Shown here: positions 27,101-39,100 of the stretch, piece after piece
How the letters are laid out: each line of letters begins with the position of its first letter
How positions within the stretch are numbered: position 1 is the first letter of the stretch
Assembly (NCBI RefSeq): GCF_964355755.1
Contig: NC_092672.1
Location: 26,046,437-26,110,436 of the forward strand
Direction: 5' to 3'
From: Antedon mediterranea
Lineage: Eukaryota > Animalia > Echinodermata
DNA: 64,000 nucleotides
Notes under the pieces: model-generated
Databases searched by the model: none
What the model was told of the DNA's origin: nothing
What the model saw: only the letters and a program-made list of their open reading frames with translations
Position numbers and translations under genes: made by a program

Positions 27101-30100
27101 TAAATCGAATACAACAATTTTTGTCATCGTATAGTTATTAAATTCAAACATGGATAAGTTGTAATGGTATACCCACCTCTTAAAAATTGCATGTTTACAT
27201 TTTACCGCATCACAATTTGTATGAATAGATGTTTCAATCCACCTGTAAATGTATTATTATTTGTCCTCAAGCTTAACTGGAATCTGAGGAAATTCAGATT
27301 AGGCCCTTCACGGACCTACGGCAGCCTACCAGATCAGCACATTGGGAGACAATCCCCTACTCTTTGTGAATAGCCTACGAGATCAGCACATTGGGAGACA
27401 ATCCCCTACTCTTTGTGAATAGCCTACGAGATCAGCACATTGGGAGACAATCCCCTACTCTTTGTGAATAGCCTACGAGATCAGCACATTGGGAGACAAT
27501 CCCCTACTCTTTGTGAATAGTGTACCAAGTTTTAATGTACACTATGTACACAGGACCATCCGAAGGAAGAGGCAATGAGAGTAAAGCATCTTGCCTAAGG
27601 ATATAGTTAGTATGGTACAGATAGGTTCGAACCCATGCCTACATGCTAGTCCGATATCATTACTCCATCACTCTCTGGTATATACAGCACCCGCCGCGAT
27701 CTCCAGACAGTTTCCCCTCCAGATTCAACCAGGCCCAACCTTGCTTACTTCTGTGATTTGACAACACTATAAAAAAACAACATTGCAATTCTGTAGCATA
27801 TCGATTAATATTTATTGACCAAACAATAGAATCATTCAATACAATTTTAACCTTAAAGTGCATAAATAAAAGAGCCAATAAATAAGGTAATAATAACTCA
27901 TATTCTTATACACTTCAGACTTCATCAACCTTCTAATTAATACAAGACACAAATGTATCTCCAAGGGTTAACCATTGAGTTAGATCAAAGCCATCGAATC
28001 CACAATACATCATGATACCACCAATATAGTTATTCCCACAATAGCACAATACTTTCTTAACCCATGCATACAGTACATTACACTATAGTTAGTAAACATT
28101 TATGGTACTTAACTTATCCTCTTACTGCAACTTAATACATTTTCCTAATACAGTTTTAAAGACTTAATTGCCTATACTATTTCTAGTCATTATTTTTGTA
28201 AAAAAAGAATGAAATGTATGCAGTACAATATTATTTATATTATTTGACCAATTATCTAATCTAAAACCCAAATTACAAATTATTCATCATATTCATAAAG
28301 CAAATTATACACACCTATTTTTCTTGTAAATAACTGTCAGTATAATATATAATGAGCATTTTATAAATAGAGACCTTGAAAGCGAATCAACTTATCAATG
28401 AATAAATAATCAGGTTATACAGTACAGTATATATATATTATGTATTATTGTTTTGCTTTGCGCGTTATTTGTATTTTTTCCCCATAGGTTCATGGGATAT
28501 CCTGTATCTTAATAGCTTTTTCATCTTAATAATCATCATCTTCTAATTTCCTACTCTAATCAAACCAAATGTGGCAATTTTTCGCTACACCAATGTTCTA
28601 TTGTGACAAACCCGAACAACAATTTTATTTTTCTTAATTCTGATTTGAACATTTCGTTATCCACTCTTAATCTAGTTGCCATTCCAAATATCTTTCTCGT
28701 GCAACACTGTTGTTTATTAACCTAGGGTTACCACGATATAGAAATGGAACAACCTTGTTTAACTCATTTGTGAAATTTCGAAGACAAAATCCTTCCATAT
28801 TGAATGCTTTTGTTGAACTTGGAACCGTGTCCCTTAACGTTAAGTCGTCAGTAGTTGCAAGAAACAGAATACGCAAGTAACGAAGGAAAAATGTACTGCT
28901 ATCAAAGTAATCGTAAAGACACATTATGTTCCCAAACATATCATGTCGTCCTGTATCTTTGATCATTATAGCTGATAGTTCCATGTTTTTTGACATATTT
29001 AGATGCTGATTGATCATCAAATTTGCTTCTGGACAGATGACTATCCAATTCATTGTTTCTGTAATGAGCACAGCATGTTTGTTTGTTGTGCTCAGAAGAG
29101 GGCGCAATGTTGAAAGTAGTACTTTAATGCCTATGTAGTCTGCAATGTTGGAAGTTGTAATACGATCAAATTTAGGCTCAAAGTTTGGTTCATAATCTCT
29201 ATGAAGATCTTTACAGTTTTTGAGCTTGATTATGCATTGTATCCTTCCTGCATGGAAAATTGATACAGCAGATTTGATAACACTGGAGATGTATCGATGA
29301 AATATTTCAACAATAGAATCTTGTTGAAAGTTCTTCACTACCGGTATGCCATCCCAACCAACAAATGGCATCGCATCTGATCGGATACAATAGACAAAAG
29401 TATATGAACTTGGTGATAATACAGTGTGCATTTGGCTGTCACCAATTACCATTGGACGTCCAGTTAGGGTTGGGTTATCAACTTTTTTGCTTCTGTGTAC
29501 ATTTTGTGGCAGAAACAGACCATCTCTAAAATACTTACTTGCAGAGTTCCTATATCTTATTGGAATCTTCTGCTTATATTCAGACATACCTTCAGAACAT
29601 TGAGGATCTCTTTTGAACATTTCTGCTCTCTGTTGTGATAAATTAATCGAATCTGGTTTTGCAGTGTCACATTCCATTTCTCTCCATTTACTCCAGACCT
29701 CTTTCATCATTTTGAAATCATCTTCCTCTAAAATAAGTTGACCACTTGTCTTTTCCTTCAGTGTTGCTTTTGTATGTTTGAGAAGTTCATCAAGGATTGA
29801 CATAAGAAGCTGAAAATCTGTTTTTGGAAGTTGTAGTGAGTACCAGATATTTGTGATTGATGTTTCAATAGATTTTTTGGAACTTTGAGTTATGATAATG
29901 TACAAGAAGAGTACATTTCTTGCCAAAACAAATGGATCAACGTCATTCAGTGTAAACCCGACCTTACCAGTGAAGTTGCTTGGAAGTGATGCTGTTGTCA
30001 GTAACAGATTACGTAAATCTCCAACTCCTGCAAGTAAGATGTTGTAATCTCTTGCCAATTCTGAATCTCTACCTTCTGCGTCTGGTGCTGCTTCATTGCG

Positions 30101-33100
30101 GCCTAGTTTCAGTACATCTACAGCTAGAGTGTTGCCGATGTATTGTGGATAATCAACCAATCGTTGTACTTCTTGTGTAAATGCTTGTCTGTACGTATTT
30201 GCTCTTTCTATCAACATCTTTCCGATTTGTTTGCATTCTTGTTTGTGAGATGGCCAATGCTTCTCTTGACATTCACGTTTGCAATATGTGGCTTCTTTAC
30301 AGGCAGTACACTTAAGGAAAAAGTAACAGATTGTTATGTAAAATTATGTAATATTACCACTTATATATTACCAAACCCCATTAATAATTGTATGTAACAT
30401 GTAAGCTACAAAATTGCAAAAAACCCTGCAAACCTCCAAAAAGCATAAAACCCCATCGAACAAACATAAAGTGATTGAATCAGTTCAGTTGAACAGTTTT
30501 ATTCGGTTCACTCAAAAATACAAAGACAAACATAACAGAAAAAAAGCACAAGATAACAATATTAATAGAATGAACCGAGGAATAACCCAAGAAAGTTTAA
30601 AAGAAAACTTATTTCCATTGGGGTCCTCAGACATAAAAATAACACTGATAATTGCACTTAAAGCGCCCTATGACTACTAAAAGGTTTAAAAATTGTACAG
30701 TAAACATGATAAGGATTACACAGTATTTTGATAAAATGTGATTTTACATATTTAAAATTTAAAATGTAGTTAAAATATTGCAATGTTTAAACGTTTAATG
30801 GCACCTAATACAATTGCCTAAAGTTAAAAATATATAAAATACTGTACAAAACTGTTACACAGGTATTCCTTCAGATAAAAGTGATTTTACATTATATTTA
30901 AAACTATTTAAAGTATTGCAATTTTTAATATTAATAGGAAGTGCATTCCAATATTTTATACTATTGTAATAAAATTTATTATGTACATTACCATGAGGAA
31001 CTCTAAAATTTGTGTTACTGTGCCTTGTATTGTATCCATGCGTATCACTAATACGTGTGAAGTGTGAGCTTAAATAATCCGGACACGTTTTATTAAAGAT
31101 ATTGAAAACATGCCTAAGACACAGATGTTTTACACGATTTTCTATATTATGCATACCAAGTGTAGTGAGTTCAGAGTAGCCAACATGGGCTCTGGGTTCC
31201 AACTTTGCAATAAATCTTACTAGTTTATTTTGAATGGTTTGTAATTTGTGTTTAACATTTTTGTTAACTCCATTAAACCAAGCTGGTGAGGCATAATCTA
31301 GTAAAGGCTGTACCAGCGCTATATCTAACAGTTTTCGTGACTGTTTGTTGATAAAAGGGGATTGACACCCCGGGGGGGTCACTCTTAAATATTTCCATAC
31401 GGGGAGGTGCCGCATTTACGGGTATATTTTCGAGGGCCTGGTAGCACAAGTGTGGGAAATTATGGAGAGTTGGTAGCACAAGTGTGGGAAATGACAGGGT
31501 GAAATTAGTAGTTTAAGTCCCTGGCCCACTCACCCGTGTCAAAATGTCACGATTTATCGCCAAATTTTGCAGGTATTTTAGCATAATGGATGCTATAAGC
31601 CCGGCTATATAAGCCCATCGCTAAATACCTTTGAATTTATACCTCCATGAATAGGCCTAGAGTTTTCGCATCAGCAGAAAGAACACGAAACATAGCCTAG
31701 GACAAAATCATTCAACTGTGACCACTCTTGACTCTTGATATCGTCGTCATGTACCGCGCGGACGAGCGATAAACTTGTCAATTTGTCAAAACACGTTCGT
31801 GATTTTGCCATGAACGGTCTCTTTGGCCATGCGCAGATCATGCCGGGAACCAGTACAAATATTTCCCCCTCTCTGGCGTGGCCTTGTTTTTGCCGTCTTT
31901 TTAGAGAAAACTGGATTTTTATTTGGTAAATGGTAGTTCAAGTCCGTAGTATTTTTCAGTAAAACAGGTAGCGCAAGTGCCTCATGTCTTGAAGTGGCTG
32001 CTGCACCCCACTGTTTGGTTTATATACAAGTGACCCCCCCGGGATTGACACCAAAGATATTTTATACTGGAATTAGCCTTTTTATAGACTGATTGAGCAA
32101 AGTTGTTCCCAGTGACATTATGATCAATTACAATTCCTAAATAGTTTACACTTGTTTTACTTTCAATCACTTGACCTTTACAAATTATCTTAAATGATTC
32201 AACATGTTTAACTTTTCTTTTTGATTCAAATAGTATTGCTTCTGTCTTTCCAACATGCAAGGATAACCTATTATCTGCCAACCATTCCTAACATGACGAT
32301 ATGTTTTTACTTAGAACCTCTTTGATTACCTTTGGATCAGAGTGAGAAAATGTAATGGCACTATCATCAGCATTGGCGTAAAGTACACAGTGAATTAATA
32401 CTAATTGCCATATCATTAATATATACCAAAAAAAGCAGTGGCCCCAAAATATTTGTGGGACACCATGCGTAATGTCTTCAATAGAAGATTTTTCGCGGTT
32501 GATTTCAACATACTGTTTCCTTCCGGAAAGGTATGAGGAAAACCAGTCTGTTTTGTCGACACCTATTGCAGATAACTTTCCATTAAGTATAGCGTGGTCA
32601 ACCGAATCAAACGCCTTGCGTATATCTAACAACACCATACCAGTGTAAAGACCTCTAGATGTGTTCTCTTTTAAGGTCAATTAAACAAGTGTAGGTAGAA
32701 TGACCAGCGCGAAATCCAGATTGACTAACGTTAAGAAGGTTGTTGTCGTTCAAGTATCTTTTAAATTGAACATAAATAGAATGTTCTAGAACTTTTGAAA
32801 CAATATTTAAAACGCTGACATGCCGGTAATTATTTACATCAAGACGGTTCCCTTTCTTATAAAGGCGCTTTACCCTGGCAATTTTGAATTCTTCTGGATA
32901 AATGTTAGAAGTAATTGAAAGGTTAATGATGTGTTTGATTGGCCCAGTTATTTGAGTAACGGCGTCTTTTAAAAATTGTGCTGATATACCGTCAAAACCT
33001 ATTCCTTTGTTAGGATTAAAACTTTGCAGTTCCTTCTCAACGAATTCATCATCAACCATGGCAAGAACAAATTTAGAGGGGGCTGTCTTATAAAACTTAC

Positions 33101-36100
33101 GTTGAAAGTCTTGAAATTTCTCGGAAGCAATTGAATAATTGCCAAATATTGGGAGTTGAGATGCTAAAGAAGAAGCCACGGAAGTAAAGAAATTGTTGAA
33201 CTTGGAAGCAACAGTCTTAGAATCATGACATACATTTCCGTTTATCTCCAGTACAGTAATTCCATTAGTAGTTTTCTTAGAACTATATCCAAGTTTCTCC
33301 AATGTATTCCAGAGGCATTGGGAGTTGTTTTTATTAATGTTTTCTTCAATCTGGGTGTTAAAATAATCCGCTTTGGCATTCTTTATGTCTCTCTGAACAC
33401 TATTTCTGAGGCTCTTATATTCATAATAGTAATCCGTTCTCTGCTTAAGAGCCCAAGAAACTTATCTCTATAGGTGGATCTTCTCCAAAATATCAACATT
33501 CATCCAAGGTTTAGTCCGTTGTTTAATACGTACTTTCCTTGAGGATGCGATTTTATCAATAGCACTTATAAATAGATTCTTAAAATATGACCAGGCAATA
33601 TTTACATCGGTACTTGTATGCACTGGTGTCCAATCAACATTAGATAGTATATCATTAAAAGAATCTTTACTGTATGACTTTAATGATCTTAAAACTACTG
33701 ATTATGACTATCATATGTATTTTGTACAATCGTGCAGTGTACGACTCTCCTTGGATCTTAATTAAATGGGTTTTTTTTTAAACTTGTTTAGACAATTTTT
33801 TCTAGTATTTATTGAGTAGCCTATAGCTATAAGGGTATCTTTCTTGGGTGACCAGATTTGCGTCTAAAAAACATGAAAATACAAGAAACATTTACCTCAG
33901 CATCACAGCCGACTTTAATTGAAAGTGACCTTAGCAAAATGTTAATGGTCTTTACCACTTCAAACTGTTTGGCACGATGATATACTAGCGATCAGCAGAT
34001 GCCTGTTGTTGCGCCAGGATTTGCCTGATGGAGGGGTCAAAGGCCATGCTGTCGCCACCACTGGCAGATGCATGTGCTTTTTTATCAAATTAACTTTGGT
34101 TATTTTGTACAGAGCATCATTAACTGACGAATGTTACCACAAAAAATAACCCTCTAGATTTAGTTGAGTAAAGATGTTGAGGAGAACTAGCCTAAGCCTA
34201 TAGCACTCAATCAAGATGATTTTGATTAAATAAGATATGATCAGAAATGTATCTGGTGGTACTCCATACAAATTACCTCAATTCAATTCAACTCAAATTT
34301 ATTTAACCACAGAGGCCCAGATCAACACATGGTTTTTCTTCCCTTTGATTCCAGCTGACCTATAATGAGAACATGTTAACTATAATATTAATAATAATCA
34401 CCGTTGATTGGCAAGGGATAAAAATTAAATAAAAATGTTTTACCACTTTGCATTTTGTCTTTGTGTGACAATATGCACACTCATTGTTTTCATTCAGCAT
34501 GTCACATTCTGCTTTATGTCTCAGCTTGTCACGTTCCATACACTGTTTTCCACAATATTCTCCAATCTTACATTCACTACATTTCTTTGTTGCGTTTCCC
34601 TTCTCACATCTCCAACATAATCCAGGTTCTACATCCATGTTTTTACCCAAGTTTGATCTGATATCTGCAAAGATTCTATGTATGTAGCCTATACTGTTTA
34701 CAGTGTGCAATATGGCTATACAGTATTATGTGTATCCGAATATAGATATTTTGGAATTTCCAGGTTTCCATCTCTCGTGGACTAATTGATCTTTAGCCAA
34801 TCAGCGACATGTCCATCATGACATCACTGATATTTAGTATTGTTAAAGATGTATTGTCCCTTGAAACACAAAAAAATTAAGGTCAAAATATTCTAAATTT
34901 AAATTGGCCATATCAAAGTAATATTAAAGTTATTCACTTTAAGTCGAAAATTCGAGCCAAAAACAACAAGTTTACGTAATTAACAGGTAAATTAATTTGA
35001 TTACATTTCGTCTGGAAAATCGTCGCGAGCGAAAGTAAACAAAGATTTCAAAACACGAGTATGCATTATGCATACGCTAATTAGGATTGTTTACAACTCG
35101 TCACGGTTGAGAAGGTGTTTTCACACAGATCGAAGAATTCAACTTATAAATTATACAAATTTCAATGAAGATTATATCGTGAGCTAGACTATTGAAAAAC
35201 TTAAAGATGTATTGTCCCACTGCAAAAATAATTCTTGATTTTTTTTTTAATATGCCAATTATCCACTTTGACTAAAAATTGGATCGAAAAAAACTGTAAA
35301 ATATGTATTTACCTAAAAAACTGTAATTTAAAGCAAATTAGTCAAATTGGCTGCTAGCCAATGGGTTTTTCGTTGAATTTAACCATTTATTTTGTCATTT
35401 TATAAGTGAAACTATTAATTTTTTCCATTTTTTTGGCTACGGAAATGAACTACAAAATAATCTATTGAAAGTCTGATTTTATTAATCTTTATTTTTGGGG
35501 GACAATCTTTAATATCTTTGATATTTTTAGTTTTAAGTTTTAATTTAAGTTTTTATTATGGTATAAAATTTACACACCAGCAGCCAAAAAATTACAATTA
35601 TACGTATAAGAATATAAGTAAAAAATACAAATTATGTAAAAGCTGATTGGAATTGCACATATGGTAATAAAAATATAAAGAACAAAAGTAATTTTTTTTT
35701 ACAATTATCATTATAAACATATTAACTTTTCCTTGAGCATACAGTGTTTTAAATTTTTTTTTCTAGAAAGGTATTCTAGTTTAAAAGGATGTAGACAGGT
35801 AATCCACATGTTTTCCTGGTGGATACACGGATACTAGGTTAATCCTACTTTACGTCAAGCCCGGATGATTGTGTAATGATACCATGCCATTCCCAATTTA
35901 AACAGTTCAATGCTCCCGGCTGTTAATTCACTCCTCACAAGGTTGTTTGTTGAACCTCAATTCGTCAATATCTAATTATCTCACTCAACTTAATTAGTAA
36001 ACAGGGTTACAATTAGGTGGTTGAAATCAGAACATGAACCAACTTTATTTACTGTACCGTCGAGTAAAAATTCCAGAAGAAACGCATGATTTACCAAATT

Positions 36101-39100
36101 TTGCCCTTACATAAATTTATATAGATTACTTCAATCATAGATTTTACAGTAGTTATATCATTGCGAAATATGGTTAACAATATATTAGCTGAATAAAAAC
36201 CCAGTAATATGAGGTACATTAAACCATGGAAAATAATGTCTCCATGCTTAAACCTAGACTTTGTAAAAACTCACTCATTAACAGTATGTGTGCAGCCATT
36301 TTCACTTTTTCCCCGGACACTAACAACAGGATCAACCGTTAAACTAACTAACCTATGTTTGGTAATTCCAGACCAAATTTTATTATTAATAAATACATTT
36401 TGATCACCATCATTATATAAACTTTTATACAGTATAAATATTCTTCTTTTTCTTATTTTTACTTGTTATCTTTTTGGTTGATGTAATTTTGTATACTGTA
36501 TGTAATTGTAATCAGGGAAGAATGAGAATGTAATTTCACTCTTCCCTACTGCAATGTATATAGGCCTACCATGGACCTAATTTATAGGTCCATGGTATAT
36601 ACCATAACATAAGTATTTATGTAAAGTAAATAAACAATATACTGTATACTGCATACTTGAATACATTTTTAATTTGTCAAACAACATAACAAAAGACAAA
36701 TCAGGTAAAAAATGACGAAGACAAAAAGGAACTCTTCTGAAGCCCAAAAGATTTTGTTAAATAAAGGACAGAGGGGCTAAAACTCATATAAAATCACAAA
36801 AACTAGTATAATATGTATAGTTGAAAGCGGGCTTTAAACAATGGGCTTTAATTTTAAAAAACTCAATATTTTGTTCTTGTAGGTACAACAAAGTGGAGAT
36901 CATCCACCAACATGCTGTAATTTCCCAGTTGCTGTGTCTGGTGATTCCATGTATGTCTTCTCAGGTCAAAGTGGAGCTAAGATCACAAACAGTCTATATC
37001 AATTCTATTTCAAGGAAAGAAGGTAAATTCATTGGTTTTTTTTCTTTTTTCTTCTTGACGATGCAACAGAGATAGTTTGTATTGTGAAGTTTGTTTTGGA
37101 AGAATGAGTGGTCAAGCATTTAAAGGCCAAAACATTTATATTGATCATACATTCCAATAATTATCGATCTATAGTTTCCCCTGTTTCATAATTTTTTAGA
37201 TTTTATTTGTGTTACAGGAGCTTGTTGAACATAAGCACTTTCTTATCAGTGTGGGGATAGTTCAAATTACACAGTAAAATCTCTATTCTTTTGTACACAA
37301 ATTTTGTAAATAGAGAGGCATTTTAAAAAGAAAAAAATGAAAAATAAACGGTGTGGTAAAAAATTTTATCAGATGACTAAATATAGGTAATATAACTTGA
37401 ATATTACATTTCTGATATTTTTATTCAACTTCAGATTTTTATTTTCTTGCTATAAAAAAAATTATCCACTGTATATTCACCATCTTTTTTTACCGTCTAG
37501 GGAGTCACCAGATGTTATTACATTAGGTTACCTAACTACTGAAAAAAAGTCTTCCTGGTTTTTATGGAATAATTTTGCCAAATTTTGTATTTGACCATAT
37601 TAAGGGAAATTCATGTTTTTTCGTCTTGATTTCTCTTACAAATATTTGATTTATGTACAATTAACCAAATATTATATTTAAAATGCATGCCTGTATCTGA
37701 GCTTTAAGACAGTGGAATGGCCTTATTGCAATGTTAATGTATTTATATTGCGCTTTTAACAATCAACAGATTCATATTGTCCCAAAATGCTTAATTACAA
37801 ACTAAAAAGATGTGTTTTAAAAGAGTAGAATAGAAGGTGCATTTTCAAGTGTTCACACTCTCTCAGTGGTTCAGATGGCAGAACTAGCCTGGCATCCATA
37901 CCTCAAGACCACTTGCGCTGATGGCTACGGTTGGATTTGCAAGTGATTCAGTTCATTTTTGTGTCCCTGCCTATCATCATGCAACATTTATTCAATATTC
38001 AATATTTTACAAAGTTTATGGGTTAAGATACACAGAAGCCAAAGGGGCTTGTCTTTGTAGTCCTAAGCATAAACATAAAACATATTATACGGACGCATTA
38101 CATTAACAAAAAAAGACATTTTGAGACAGAAAAAGAAAAAAACACAAACACAACAAAGTGATATTAAGCTAAATGTTTACAACCCCAATTTTGCAGTAGC
38201 AATAGTAGCTAGCAATATGTTTCAAATATCATCTTTTTAATATTGTACTTTAGCATAGGGAGTGAGGTCATGTGATTTTGTTCTAGGGTAGACTGGAGTT
38301 TATTCCAGTAAGTTGGTCCTTCAATAAAAATTGATCTTTTATTAATTTCTAGTCTACTGTGTGAAATATATATCTCAGTCTTTAGTTTTGTTTTTCTTTT
38401 CTTTTTGTTTAATTTATGTTGTGTAATATATAATAGTGAAAACATATTTTTCTCTGGTTTCGATTAGTATATTGATATGTAGTTCATTGATTGACTTGAA
38501 ACGTAAGTTAAATTTTATACTTGTTTACAATCAGTGAACTACATTTCACTATGTTCTGTAATGTTGGTAAATTGTGTGATTGGTAATAAAAGATTGGTTT
38601 TTTTAATTTAAGATGGAGGAAAATACCTTCAGACCACATCTTAAAAGGAGCACCAGCTGCACCTCAACGGCGATACGGACACATCATGGTAGCCCACGAT
38701 AGACACTTGTATGTGTTTGGTGGAGCAGCTGATAACACACAGCCTAGTGAATTGTCTTGGTAAGATCACTGTGTTTACAATAATTGAAGTTCTAGGATTT
38801 TCTCTGCCACATACAACAATAAGAATATTTTTATTTGCGATGTTTCGTTGGTCCTAGACACCATCAAACCTAACTATGTCACACACTGCACTACCATGAT
38901 TAAGTTTGGTATTTGCCCATATATAGGAACATTTAATTCAGTTGAAATGTTCTATTCTGAGACATCATAGCAAAGAGATATATTATTGGGCTACATAAAA
39001 CCCATTTATATATGGCCCAGACATCCTGTCAGCCTCTGTAATGATGGCCTATATAAAGCTCATTACAGCAGTCCCAAGGCACCCATGTTAGTGTTCATAA

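Noticed and set aside
27323-27520. Regular repeats resembling a CRISPR array
   Set aside because: Units are identical along their whole length with no unique spacers, there are no cas genes, and the context is eukaryotic; it is a minisatellite.
27683-27762. Functional 5S rRNA gene
   Set aside because: Partial and diverged, lacks the 5' part and is fused to SINE sequence.
10013-30180. Recurrent plus-strand short ORFs (for example 10013, 15786, 22991, 24039, 29980)
   Set aside because: Antisense shadows of the duplicated MYND-DUF4470 coding sequences.
30311-30325. TTCCTTAA next to the acceptors of copies C and D as a U12 branch point
   Set aside because: It directly abuts the AG and the donors are ordinary GTAAA, so the introns are U2-type.
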